Positions 18,155-29,900 of a stretch of DNA of 64,000 nucleotides are shown here, one piece after another. The position numbers and the translations under genes are program-made. The stretch lies in sequence record ON287375.1; one strand, 5' to 3'. How positions within the stretch are numbered: position 1 is the stretch's first letter; the number at the start of each line of letters is the position of its first letter. Under the pieces are notes generated by a model. The model searched no databases. It saw nothing but the letters and a program-made list of their open reading frames with translations, and was not told where the DNA came from.

Positions 18155-21100
18155 TTAATTCATTCTTACCGTTGGTTGATTACTCTGACTTCTTTCCAAC
18201 AGCTGGGCAATCTTGTTAAGCGTTTGGTTCGCAATAGCAAGTTGACTAGCCGCAGTAGCGTCAGTGGTATTGATATGATCAGGCATTGCAGGAGCTGGTG
18301 TAGCTTTAACTTCTGCTTGCTTATCAACTGGTTTAGCTGCTTCTTTGACAGAAGCTGGTTTAGAAGCTGTAGGACCAGAAGATGAAGTAGGAGCAGAAGG
18401 CTGACCTTTGGATGGGACACTGGAGTTAACTGTATTAACCGGACCATCATTATCGTCACCTGCAACCACACCACTATCAAACGTTGATGCTGTTTGCATT
18501 GGAGGTGGAGTGCCTGCATTAGATGGTGCAGATTTCTGAGCATCCGCTTTTAATAAGTCAGGAACAGTATTCTGTCCAACAGGAGTTGCAATTGGTGTGT
18601 CGATAGCCGGAGAGCCAGCAGGCGCACCTTTATCGGCAGCAGCTGGAGGTTGATCAGTTGGAGCAGGAGGAGTACTAGCAGCTTGTTCTGCTTCAGCACC
18701 ATCCAGAGCCAAATCACCATTACGTAGTTTGTTCAAGTATTCCTGGTAATATTGACGACGTTCATCTGTGGCAGGGACTGAATTCCCACCATTGATTCCA
18801 CGAACCGCTGTGTCAAAGTCTCCAGTCTTAGCAATAGAAAGCATTGCTTTGTTGTTCTTAAGGAATCTAACGGCTGATTCAGCCATTACATTTGGATCCT
18901 CAGAAACCAATTGTGGATTATTGACAACATCAATACCCGTTTCTTTCTTGAACCTTTCGTAGTTTGCTTTACCAGTTAATTGGAAGAAACCACGACCTCG
19001 ATATTTCCAACCGTCTTCAGGACTCTGATTACCTAACTGTGGACCTTTCGGTGCACGACCATAAACCCACATAGCACGTTCAGGAGGAGACATTGCTGCG
19101 ACCTTCTGAGCTGTAGCTGCGTCAGGTATATTCTTGAAGTATTTCAACAGGGTAGGTGCCGACCAGTTAGTGTTCTCCACTGTGTTCTGGTAGTTACCTG
19201 TTTCCTTCTTAACCATCGCTAATGCAAGCGCAATAGTTTTGACATCAGTAATGCCTGCCTTGAGAAGATGATTAAGCATGAGCTTCTCACCTTGTTCAGG
19301 AGACATCTTGATCCCTTTATCTTCACCTGCTTTCTTCAAGAACTCTGGATTAAAGTTAGCATCAGGTTTGCCCATGAATTGACCAGCAGAACCAGCACCA
19401 CCACCTTCGATACTCATGGTAGGGTTAGGGTAGACACTTGTAGGCCCACCGGTTCTTACGCCACTCATGGATGGAGTGAATGAAGAACCCCCAATACCTT
19501 TATTACCACCAAAGACTTCTTGGATGGCGGATTGGGCTACTTGCTTGTTCCTTGCTGCTTGAGCCAATTGTACTGGATCATCACCAGAAGTACCACGAGA
19601 TTTCTCTTCTTCCAACTCTGGATCTTTGAGTCTTGCTTCCTGAGCTTTAACATCCAAGATCTTCAGATATTTATCAGCACGGTCGGACCATTTACCAGAA
19701 GTAGAATTAGGGAATGGAGAAGCAGCTATTTCCCAAACGGTTTTAAGTTGTTGATCAACCGTCACCATTTGTTCAGTAAGCTTTCTAGCAATCTTAGCAC
19801 GGTTAGTTGCAGACAACTGTTTCCAACCACGGGAAGGTATCACACCTGTTAATTTCTTAACCTCGACAGTATAAGTCATCAAGGTAGGTAAGAAACGATC
19901 ACGGAACCAAGTTAACCAATTCATTTCTGAAAGCTGGTTAGAGATTCGGAATGCAGGTTTGAACAATTCTAACAGTTGGGAAGATTTGCCGGTGAATCTA
20001 GCTTGATCCCCAATAACCATGATGTAAGATTCCACATAACGTTCTAAACGTAATACGGCTTCTACACGCCATGGCATGTTATCAATGTTACCATACACTG
20101 CGAGACGGGTCATTACAAATGGATCCATCTCTTGATCACCACCAGGCATCAAGTCAGAAATATCAATAGTCTTAACCTGTTCAGGTTGACTAAAGCGTTT
20201 AGCAATATCGTCCATAGAAGCTTTAGCTGCTATTTTAGACATTGCATCCTGAGCTATGATGTCTGCACTTGGACCTGTTTCTTTAGGCGTACCTGGAGCC
20301 TGTGCTTTAGCTTGCGCTTCAACAGTCGGCGCTATCTTCTCAACAGCCATCGGTGGCTTAGGATAAGTTTTCTCCATATCCTTGAGAACTGCATCGATTT
20401 TGTGTCTCGTAGATTCTGGACCCATTGTCCCGTACTTCGAATCCACACGAACATCAATAGTGAATGGATTAGGGGAGAATGTATTTAGAGTCTGTTGAAC
20501 TCGTTCCAATACCTGTACAACTTCATAGCCCTTGGCATTATCAAACGACTCCAGGTCTCCCATCTTAGCAACAGAGACTGCCGCATTAGAAACAAGGAAG
20601 ACTGGTTTGAAACGAGCAATAAACCAAGTTTGCACTGCACCTGCGTCGCGATTAGAACCTGTATCCGAATTCAAGAAATCAGTCAGGATCTTTTCAATCG
20701 GAGTATCGTTCTTCAACGAAGCTCTATTATCACGAATAGTCACGTAAGGATAGAGGACTTGCTCCAACCAACCAATACGTCTACCAAAGGAAGATTGTTG
20801 ATCAGAACAACCATACATAGCAAAGCGAACAGCACGAGGTTGAGTAGCGTACTGAGGTTTCAGTTCACCGTAGCCGTCTGCTGTTTTAGAGATGCCATTG
20901 ATCTTATCTTCCCAAGCTTCCATCTCATCACGTTTAAAGAAGAACTTCTTATCACTAGACCAGAAAATCCCGTAGTTGTTAGCACTCTCTCTGGTTTCTT
21001 TATCCATAGGAAGAGAATCAGCAGCAGCTTTAGCCAACATACCGGAAGGAAGCCAAGAGGTTAATGTATCAACAACAGCATCACCTTGAGTACGATAATG

Positions 21101-24100
21101 TCCTGTTACTGAATCACGTTCCCCTATGCCAACATCAGCCCCAGAGGTTGGTGTTGCATCTTGGGTATCGTCACCAAACATATCAGCAAGCAGATAGCTA
21201 CCAATGGCAGTAGTAGGTGACCCAAAGGCCATTCTTCCCATTCTTGCTAAACGACCACCACGAGCAACTTTACCAGCTTTGCCTACTTTACCATTCTTAC
21301 GTTTACCGGCTTGACCACGTTGTTCTACATCGAGATCATCTACAGGAGAACCTCTACCCAGTAAACCTTTCAGACCACCGCCTGCTGCTTTGCCCATCAC
21401 GAATGCTTGAGCAAGTTTAACAAAGCCAGTCTTCAGAAGTTTATAAATAGGTGAAGCTAAACCGAGAACACCTGAGAACAATGCAGTGCCGATTTTACCT
21501 AGACGCTTAATAGAAGCCGCAGTAGTTCCGATTGCGAACTTACCAAGACCACCGAGTACATCCCCAATGGCGCCAAGAGGATTCTTAAACAGTTTGACAG
21601 CAAAGCCACCGGCACCCATGATCAAGCCTTTCAGTTTATCAAATAAACCGTTGCCTTCTTTCTTAGGTCCTTTTTCATCTTTACTTCCACCAAGGGTTTC
21701 AGAGATGTTGATGATGGCTTCATTTACACGATGCTTCTCTTTCTTCTCAGCTTCTTTTTCTTTCCAAGCCAAGGAGTTTAAACGCATTCCACCTGTTGAA
21801 GGTTCACCAGTTACACCTAACGGTTCATCTGGATCTACTTCACCTGGGATATCAAACTGTTTGCACAATAGGCGATAGATTTTATCTAGACGACGCTCCA
21901 CCCCATTTGGACCAGTTTTGTTTGGACCATTTCCCCCAGGACCTGCATTAGGGCCTTGAGTATACCCAAACCTTCCGAGGAGGTTATTGATTCCAGATTT
22001 AACCAACCCCGCTGCACCGCCAACCATATTAGCAGCCATGCCGCCCACATTACGTACAGCAGCACCTGAGGCAGTGACCAGACCGGACTGATATTCCTCT
22101 TCACTAACCAGTTGATTACCTTGGTTATCATAAACAGCTCCATCAATCTCATTCCAGCCAGAGATTGGTTTGAAACTACCATTGTCATCACGAACGAAGT
22201 AATCACCGGCTTTAAACTTAGATGCTCTCAGAACAGGATTCTTTAAATCCGATTTGAGATAAACATCCTGTTGATACATGAACTCCTTACCCATCTGGAT
22301 AGTTGATCTAATACGATCCATCGGGTTAACGAGGTTGTATGCGCCCACAGCAGCGTCTCTAACAGCACGAAGACCCTTAAGTGCCACTGCTCTACCATCT
22401 GGTCCAAAGATCTTACCAGCAAGCTCTCTAGCCCCAATTACAGTCTTAGTTGTAACATCCATAATTGGACCACGAATATCTTCCCAAGTTTTAATGATCT
22501 TCTTGGTAGCCATATCCATGTAGTCGCCCATTCTCAGCTTAGAAGCTTTCAGAATAGGTTCGCCAGACTCGTCAATGATATCTTCATCATCACTTGGCAT
22601 GTCCCCATCAGGAGCAGCACCGGACTTCTGACGGTGTTGTAAATAAGCACCGCCCAGTAAACCTAATCCAGCCACAGAAGCAGCCATGATTGGATTCTGC
22701 ATGAATGATGATGCAACACCACCTAATAAGCCACCCAGAATAAGTGGGTTATTCTTCATGAGGAATTCGGCAGATCTACCCAGGATGTTTTCTGGAACCA
22801 GTTTCTTGACTCTATCCAGAACAGAACGCTTAGCAGTTTCTTCTTGTCTCTCTTCACGAGGACCAGGAGCACCTGAGAATAGTTTACCTGCTTTGGCTAA
22901 ATCAAGTAGGGTAGTGAGAAGCATGGACATTTCTGTCGTCTTATCAAGGATACCCTGATTACTTGTTTTGATGTCACTAAAGACACCAGACTGAGAATCC
23001 CAATTAACAGTTGTAGAAGATCTAAGTTGGTCAAGATTACTTAGTCTTTCATTCAACGTTCCTAAGGTATTGTTCAGATCTTCGTAAGGATTAACAGTCG
23101 GACCTGCTCCAGCTCGTAATCCACCCAGTGTTGGGGTAGGACCATTACCGCTAGGGGTCGCACCTTTCAGTACAGGGTTATCTGGGTTATCCATGTACTG
23201 ACCAATACGATCATGGAATGCCTGGATATTAATTCGATCGATACCATTATCGGTATAGATAACCCCTAAGTCGCGAAGCATCTGTTCGTTACCAGTAGCA
23301 CGTAACAGATTAATACGTTCAGCGATATTAGGAATGTTAGCTTTCAAGTCCTGTGCTTGGGAACTTGCAGCATTTAAACGTTCACGACCTTCAGCAGTCC
23401 CTAAACGACCAAGCATCTTGGTTCTGGTCATTCCATCGCCAGACTGGAACTGTTGAACTTCAGAATCAGTGATTCCAAAGTGACGTTTCATTACTGCATG
23501 GATCTCTTTCAGGTTTTCTGGAGAAACACCTGGAATGTCACCTAAGTAATAAAGTGGTTGGAATCCATACTCTTTATCCACATCGACAACGATCTGTTTT
23601 GCCAGAGCTTTACGAGCGCCTGGTGACAGCATTTTATCAGGGTCTAAAGAGTCAACCATATTCAAAGCAGCAGATGTAAAGCTACGGAACTCTGAATGAG
23701 GCATCAAATCAGATGCAACAGAGATTCTACGATCGGAGTCTTTCTGGAATTGACCACGAGTATAGTTATAACCAACTGACTCAACATCATCTCGACCAGT
23801 TCTCATCTTTTCCAAGATAAGGTTGGTTTGAGAAATCAATCCTGGAAGGACTTCATTCAACGTGATGTTGTTCATCTCTTTCCAAATACCTGGTTTATCC
23901 AAGTCTTTAGGATTACGACGATTGATGGTGTATTGAGTCCCACGTGAACGTGTGGTCTCACTCATCAGTCGGTTAAGAGATTGTTTAGCTTTGTTCTCTG
24001 CAGCGTTCTTAGCAGCCCATACAGCTTTAGGAAGTGGCTTACGACCAGGAGGTAATGAATCAACATACTCCTCATAATCGTAGAAACGCATTTCATCTAA

Positions 24101-25351
24101 AGGCTGCCAGTTATCTGCCATGTAGTTGGCGATACCTGTACCAGACATTGCAATATGGGAAACGGTATTACCCATATCGGTAACTTTGGCAATTTGATCT
24201 TTGATGAAGGCCCCTTGTTCAGGATACTTTCTAATCAATGAATCAACTGCTCGTTTACCTGGACCACGAGTAAAGAAGTAGGGAAGTTGATCAACAGCTA
24301 CGCCAGCAACCATCTTACCGATGATATTACCGAGTAACCCGCGACTAAACCCAACATCACTACCCATCTCCAAGCCGTCTGCAAGGTTCCCTAAGAGGTC
24401 CCCAACAACACCATAGGTCTCTTTACGAGAATCAGTATTAAAACGATCACGGAGCATCCCAGTGATACCACCGACACGTTTACCAACAGCATTGAAAACA
24501 CTGTTACGCATGTACGCTTTAGATGCAGTGAGGTTACTAGTTTTCTCGAAGTCTGAAAGTTTGGTATATTGAACAATGCGTTTTAGTTCTGCCACTTCAG
24601 CATGGATACCTGCCTCCATGAACTTATAGAACTTAGCGTCTTGTACATATGAACGAGCCATCAAGTTTAACTGGGCCTGGTCTAACTTAGCCTGGACGTT
24701 TCTTTGATAACTCAGAAGGTCTCTAATACCACCTTCTATATTTACCAGTTGACGGTTACCAGCACCAATGGTAGCTGATAGTTGACCACCAACACTAGCG
24801 GCCATGCTGTTAATTGATTCACCCAAAGAGGCGAACATTGAAGACTGAGCCATAACTGAAGCATCAATAGCTTGGTCGACATCGTCTTCATTAACACCAT
24901 CAATTCTGGTTTTGAAGTTTGGATTTTCAGGATCTAAACGTTCCCACATGGAGAAGTCTTTATCGCTGAAATTACCTAATGCATTTTGAGCGAAACCCGG
25001 AAGCTTTGACCCCATTCTCTGATTGAGGTGGGAAGCAATGCTTTGTAAGGATTTGGCGGATTCAGCATTTTCCTCTTTAAACTCTCTGACTAAGTCGTCA
25101 ACACGACTACTGACAAATGAAAGTTTATCGAGGGCATTGCTGTAAGAACTTGGTAAGATAGTTCTCAGTGTTCTCATACGAGCAGCACCGGAACCTAAAG
25201 TCTCATCTACAGCACCTTGCAGGAAACCTGTGGTGAGGCTGCGGATGAAACCCTTACCTTTAAAGGGATCCATATCGAAGTCCATATCGAAATCTATATC
25301 CCCGGCAAATGGATCATCTCCCCAATCCATATCGAAATTATCGCTTGCCAT
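18155..25351 (-). CDS. Tape-measure/tail protein with C-terminal GH19 muralytic domain (phiKZ gp181 position)
   Basis: 2398 aa; KKETG...WKYRGRGFFQLTGKANY...INGG GH19 motifs; divergent from vRNAP beta'. Confidence 0.85.
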   Translation of the reverse strand: MASDNFDMDWGDDPFAGDIDFDMDFDMDPFKGKGFIRSLTTGFLQGAVDETLGSGAARMRTLRTILPSSYSNALDKLSFVSSRVDDLVREFKEENAESAKSLQSIASHLNQRMGSKLPGFAQNALGNFSDKDFSMWERLDPENPNFKTRIDGVNEDDVDQAIDASVMAQSSMFASLGESINSMAASVGGQLSATIGAGNRQLVNIEGGIRDLLSYQRNVQAKLDQAQLNLMARSYVQDAKFYKFMEAGIHAEVAELKRIVQYTKLSDFEKTSNLTASKAYMRNSVFNAVGKRVGGITGMLRDRFNTDSRKETYGVVGDLLGNLADGLEMGSDVGFSRGLLGNIIGKMVAGVAVDQLPYFFTRGPGKRAVDSLIRKYPEQGAFIKDQIAKVTDMGNTVSHIAMSGTGIANYMADNWQPLDEMRFYDYEEYVDSLPPGRKPLPKAVWAAKNAAENKAKQSLNRLMSETTRSRGTQYTINRRNPKDLDKPGIWKEMNNITLNEVLPGLISQTNLILEKMRTGRDDVESVGYNYTRGQFQKDSDRRISVASDLMPHSEFRSFTSAALNMVDSLDPDKMLSPGARKALAKQIVVDVDKEYGFQPLYYLGDIPGVSPENLKEIHAVMKRHFGITDSEVQQFQSGDGMTRTKMLGRLGTAEGRERLNAASSQAQDLKANIPNIAERINLLRATGNEQMLRDLGVIYTDNGIDRINIQAFHDRIGQYMDNPDNPVLKGATPSGNGPTPTLGGLRAGAGPTVNPYEDLNNTLGTLNERLSNLDQLRSSTTVNWDSQSGVFSDIKTSNQGILDKTTEMSMLLTTLLDLAKAGKLFSGAPGPREERQEETAKRSVLDRVKKLVPENILGRSAEFLMKNNPLILGGLLGGVASSFMQNPIMAASVAGLGLLGGAYLQHRQKSGAAPDGDMPSDDEDIIDESGEPILKASKLRMGDYMDMATKKIIKTWEDIRGPIMDVTTKTVIGARELAGKIFGPDGRAVALKGLRAVRDAAVGAYNLVNPMDRIRSTIQMGKEFMYQQDVYLKSDLKNPVLRASKFKAGDYFVRDDNGSFKPISGWNEIDGAVYDNQGNQLVSEEEYQSGLVTASGAAVRNVGGMAANMVGGAAGLVKSGINNLLGRFGYTQGPNAGPGGNGPNKTGPNGVERRLDKIYRLLCKQFDIPGEVDPDEPLGVTGEPSTGGMRLNSLAWKEKEAEKKEKHRVNEAIINISETLGGSKDEKGPKKEGNGLFDKLKGLIMGAGGFAVKLFKNPLGAIGDVLGGLGKFAIGTTAASIKRLGKIGTALFSGVLGLASPIYKLLKTGFVKLAQAFVMGKAAGGGLKGLLGRGSPVDDLDVEQRGQAGKRKNGKVGKAGKVARGGRLARMGRMAFGSPTTAIGSYLLADMFGDDTQDATPTSGADVGIGERDSVTGHYRTQGDAVVDTLTSWLPSGMLAKAAADSLPMDKETRESANNYGIFWSSDKKFFFKRDEMEAWEDKINGISKTADGYGELKPQYATQPRAVRFAMYGCSDQQSSFGRRIGWLEQVLYPYVTIRDNRASLKNDTPIEKILTDFLNSDTGSNRDAGAVQTWFIARFKPVFLVSNAAVSVAKMGDLESFDNAKGYEVVQVLERVQQTLNTFSPNPFTIDVRVDSKYGTMGPESTRHKIDAVLKDMEKTYPKPPMAVEKIAPTVEAQAKAQAPGTPKETGPSADIIAQDAMSKIAAKASMDDIAKRFSQPEQVKTIDISDLMPGGDQEMDPFVMTRLAVYGNIDNMPWRVEAVLRLERYVESYIMVIGDQARFTGKSSQLLELFKPAFRISNQLSEMNWLTWFRDRFLPTLMTYTVEVKKLTGVIPSRGWKQLSATNRAKIARKLTEQMVTVDQQLKTVWEIAASPFPNSTSGKWSDRADKYLKILDVKAQEARLKDPELEEEKSRGTSGDDPVQLAQAARNKQVAQSAIQEVFGGNKGIGGSSFTPSMSGVRTGGPTSVYPNPTMSIEGGGAGSAGQFMGKPDANFNPEFLKKAGEDKGIKMSPEQGEKLMLNHLLKAGITDVKTIALALAMVKKETGNYQNTVENTNWSAPTLLKYFKNIPDAATAQKVAAMSPPERAMWVYGRAPKGPQLGNQSPEDGWKYRGRGFFQLTGKANYERFKKETGIDVVNNPQLVSEDPNVMAESAVRFLKNNKAMLSIAKTGDFDTAVRGINGGNSVPATDERRQYYQEYLNKLRNGDLALDGAEAEQAASTPPAPTDQPPAAADKGAPAGSPAIDTPIATPVGQNTVPDLLKADAQKSAPSNAGTPPPMQTASTFDSGVVAGDDNDGPVNTVNSSVPSKGQPSAPTSSSGPTASKPASVKEAAKPVDKQAEVKATPAPAMPDHINTTDATAASQLAIANQTLNKIAQLLERSQSNQPTVRMN

Positions 25352-25381
25352 TAATTTACCCTCGTTTAGGATATCTCAGTA

Positions 25382-26998
25382 ATGAGCAGAAAACCTACTA
25401 ACTTTACCTTGCTTGATACAAACAAGGTGCCCTGGGGAATGATGACACCTGTTACGGTGGCAGACTCATTCGAAGGGCAAACTAGTAACTTGAATGATGA
25501 TGGTCTTTATTCAACTTCCATCTTTGGCCGTGTAGGCACAGATGAACGTGATAAGACTACCTCATATATAGATGTTACTCTCCCAATATTCAACCCCACG
25601 TATTTTAAAGCTCTAATCCAATTGAAAGCTTTGTACGGTGAAATCATCCGGGGTAGAGCATATGCAGTTTGGGATGCTGCGGATAAGGATTTCATAAAAT
25701 CCAACATTCTGGAAGGCGATACTGGATATGCATTCTTTATGTCTCATTTCCATGAACTCGATCCAGCTCAGAATGAATCTTTCAAACGTAAACAGAAGAT
25801 CGACTTGATAGAAGAATTCAGAGACAAAGCACTTTCTAATAAAGTCATTGTTATTCCTGCCGGTATCCGTGATATCGAAATGAATAATGGAGTTGTATCT
25901 GAAAATGAAATCAACGACCTTTATCGTAAACTGATTTTCCGTTCTAAATCACTTAACGTCAGAAACGTTGATATTGAAGATCCGGTTTACGATAACATTC
26001 GCTGGGGCTTACAAGAATCCTTCAACAACATTGCAGACTTCTTATTTAAGATGCAAGAAGGTAAACGTGGCTTCATGCAACGTCGTATGTCACGTCGTAG
26101 TATCTTTGGTGCAACTCGTAACGTTATTACTTCTCGTAAAGTCTCCGTTGAGAACTGCGATGAGAACGTCACAGGGGATCCTAACTCAACGATCATCGGT
26201 TTGTATCAAGCATTGCTTGGATTCAACCTGGTGGCCATCCACGAACTCTCAAACGGGTTCCTGAGTGAAGTCTTCACTTCTGGTATGGGTGTTGCACGTT
26301 TAGTCGATCCTAAAACCTTAAAAGGTACTTATGTTGATGTGAGTCCTGTCATTGTTGACAAGTTCACTTCTTCTGATGGTTTGACTTCTCTGTTTAATGG
26401 TTATGGTTCTCCTAACCTGAGAAACCGCGATATTCGGGTAGCTGGTCATTATCTTGGATTGGTTTATGACGACGGTAAGAATGTCATGCTTCTTCATGAC
26501 ATCGACGACCTTCCTGAATCGTTCGATAAAAAGAAAGTAAGACCGGTAACTTATACTCAGTTCTTCTACATGCAATGTGTGAAAGCAATTGAGAAGAAGA
26601 TGTTGCAGGTTACACGTTATCCAATTACAGGTATCGGTTCTATTTACCCAAGCCGTGTATTTGTAATGCCTACTAACTCCACTTCCAGCAAACGTACTTT
26701 ATTAGATATTGACGGTTCTCCGCTTGATACTTATAATTACTTCCCAGAATGGACTAAGAATCCAAGTTACTTCGACGGCATGTCTATTGCGAACATTCGC
26801 TTAGGTTTGGCCGGTGGTGACTTCGATGGTGACGCCTTGTCTGCTAACTCCATTATGGCTGAAGACTCCATTGCTGAAATTGAAAGTTTGTTTGGTAAAC
26901 GTGATTTCTATATCTCAGGTTCTGGTGACTTCTTATATGACCCAGTACAAGAGCCGCATGAATTCCTTTTACGCTCATTAACAAATGGATTAGCATAA
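25382..26998 (+). CDS. rpoC: Virion RNA polymerase beta' subunit (phiKZ gp180-like)
   Basis: Catalytic GGDFDGD motif; RKQKI...VIPAGIRD; 538 aa. Confidence 0.92.
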   Translation: MSRKPTNFTLLDTNKVPWGMMTPVTVADSFEGQTSNLNDDGLYSTSIFGRVGTDERDKTTSYIDVTLPIFNPTYFKALIQLKALYGEIIRGRAYAVWDAADKDFIKSNILEGDTGYAFFMSHFHELDPAQNESFKRKQKIDLIEEFRDKALSNKVIVIPAGIRDIEMNNGVVSENEINDLYRKLIFRSKSLNVRNVDIEDPVYDNIRWGLQESFNNIADFLFKMQEGKRGFMQRRMSRRSIFGATRNVITSRKVSVENCDENVTGDPNSTIIGLYQALLGFNLVAIHELSNGFLSEVFTSGMGVARLVDPKTLKGTYVDVSPVIVDKFTSSDGLTSLFNGYGSPNLRNRDIRVAGHYLGLVYDDGKNVMLLHDIDDLPESFDKKKVRPVTYTQFFYMQCVKAIEKKMLQVTRYPITGIGSIYPSRVFVMPTNSTSSKRTLLDIDGSPLDTYNYFPEWTKNPSYFDGMSIANIRLGLAGGDFDGDALSANSIMAEDSIAEIESLFGKRDFYISGSGDFLYDPVQEPHEFLLRSLTNGLA

Positions 26999-29900
26999 TG
27001 TTCAAAGAACCTATCATGATTGATGGGAATGAGGCCATGCAGTATAACATGTTCGTTAAACTGTATGGTACTCGTGAGAAAGTAAATGATGTCACCAATC
27101 CCCGCTATACACCTGTCGGGGATATCATGCTTCCACGTAACTCACTCATTCACTATCAACAGCAACATCCTGGTGAAATAGGTCCGAGTAACACCGCACC
27201 TTTTATTAGTAACTTTGATAAACGGATTAACATTTACTTTAATGTTAACTATGAAACTGTATTGGGTACGACTAAGATCGAAAATATCCAGTTAAGTAAA
27301 GTTATCAAAGGTTATGAAGGTTCACACTTTATCTATAGCCGTGTACGTCAGTATCAGACTGCGGTTGGTAAAGAAGGTGAGCTGTTAGTGAATGACTTGG
27401 CTGTGGGTCAGATACCTGTTGTATATAAACGCAGGACTGTCTTTACACCATTCCAAAAGTCTTACAACGAAATGTACACGTTGTTTGATTCCGTTAATGA
27501 ATTCGCTAAGTTTGGTCGTCATCAGTTTATTCAAATTGAACTTCCTCGTGTATTCCCGACCTTCAAGAGTCTTCAGTTGAACTTTGAGAAATATAAGAAG
27601 TTCTTTAATGAAGATTATGAAATTGTCCGGTATGATAAGATTCCACTTCAACCTTTCCAAGCTGAACAGTCATTCTGGCTGTTAGATCTGTTTGGTATCT
27701 TGATGGGATTCAACGATGCCAAGTACAGTCAGTTTAACCGTTTAAGTGATCAGGCTCGTCAACAGCTTGAAATCATCTTTACTTATAACGGTAAGTGCTG
27801 GATCGTTAACTTACAAAATCTGATTAACGTTTTGAGTTATTCAGATAAACCTAAAGATGAATCCGCAAGCTCTCTGAAGATCAACTACTTCAAACGCTTT
27901 TATTTATCTTTAATTAATTTGGTCACACCAATCTCAGAAAGTGTTGGGAAAGTTAAGGATGAAGAAGAAGATAGCAACGACGATGACCAAGACGAGCAGG
28001 GAACAAGAAGAGAAACTGCTGATGACAAATCGTCCGAAGAAGGGGTTCCTGGGAAGGGTGCCGCTGTGGGTGATAATCCTGGGAGTAGTTCTTTGGCTGA
28101 TCTTTACGCCAGCACTCCGAGAGTTGATCCTGTACAAAACGACACCTTACGAAGTGAGGGAACGCAAACTGATCCTGAAACATATGACACAGGGTCCGTT
28201 GAGTCAGATAACGAAGACGACGTAGAAACAGATAGTTGGGGGCAAGATGTTCCTGATGAACTGTTTGAAAGAGCTACCATTGAGAACGTTAGTCTGACTG
28301 TTGCTCAAGCGGCAAGCCCAACTTCCACTATTAACCGTCAACTGAACGAACTCTCTCGCAGTGGTCAACTGACCTCTAAAGAGAAAGACTTCTATGAAAG
28401 AGCTGCCAACAGTTATCACGATATCGAGTTTGGTGGTCGCACCCTAGCGGAGATTGTGAATATCAAACCTGAGGACATGGTTCTCAAAGATACTCCAATC
28501 GCTCCTGACTCACTCGTCATTACTGACAAGTCCACTTTGAAATCTCGTACTGAATTACTTTCAGATGAGTACATCAAGAACATTCACCAGCGCAACATCC
28601 TGGAAATGATTCTCCATGTTCAAAATGGTGGAACTGCTCTAACTGATTTAGAAGTAGAAAGGACCATTACCGCTGACTCTAAGTATGATGTTTATACCAT
28701 GAAGTTCCAGCGCGTTAAAGGTGGTCAATCTACCCGTCGTATGCGTTTACCTGTTGTTGAGGAAGATGGTACCTTTACCATTAACGGTGTTAAGTCTTAT
28801 ATGCAGTTGATGCGTATGGAATTACCAATCCGTAAAATCTCTCCAACTAAGGTAGCCCTGACTTCTTATTACGATAAGAAAGTTATGGTTGAACGCTCTA
28901 CTAAGAAAGTTGATGATTATGCTCGTTGGTTAAAGGCAAGTATTATCGAACGTTCTTATGTCGACAAAACTCTCCAAGTAAGTCTCGGTGGGTTCAAACC
29001 ACCTAAAGACGAAGTTTGCTATTACTACTCCGTATTGGCTTCTCGTTTTAAATCCATCATAACGCCTGATTACAATTTCGATTTCGATACTGTTACTCTG
29101 GTAGATGGTAAACGTGAACTGGCTAAACTGTGTAATGCTAATAGCTGGCTGATTGGTTTCAAAGGTGAACATCCTATCTTAATCGATAGCAGCGGTTTGA
29201 TCACTGTAGATGGTGCAGAGCAAGGTTACATTGAAGAGATCTTAGGGTTGAACATTTCTAAGGCTCCGATTCCTACTGCTACTGTTAATATCAATGGTTA
29301 TCATTTCCCAGCGATTGTTGTTCTCTCTTACTGGATTGGTTTCAGTAACGTCCTGAAAGCTTTGAAAGCTCAGTACAGAACTGTTGATCCAGATCAACGC
29401 CCTAACTTGGGTGCTGATGAATATATGATCCAATTGGCTGATGAACGTTTAATCTTCAACCGCCGTGATGAACTGACAACTCTGGTAATGTCAGGTCTTC
29501 GTAAGTTGAACAACCTGAGTAACTTCTCTCGTTCCAACTTAGACGATCCGAATATCTGGTTTGGTCTGGTAGGTGATCAACGTGTTAAGCCAAGTCACTT
29601 CAAAGAAATGACTATGCTGTATGACATGTTCATCGATCCAATCACAATGCGTCTGTTAGAGAAATTCAAATATCCAGTCGTTATGGATAAGCTGATTATT
29701 GAAGCTGTTAAATTGATGCTCTCTAATGAATCTAAACACGAGATCGAAATCACCGAACAACGTTTTGTTGGTTATGAACGTTTCGCTGGTCACGTTTATC
29801 GTGAGATGGTTAAAGCAACTCGTCAAGCACGTAACAAACCAAATAACGGTAAAGTTACTTTCGACCTTAACCCTGAAGCGGTAATGATGAATATCATCAC

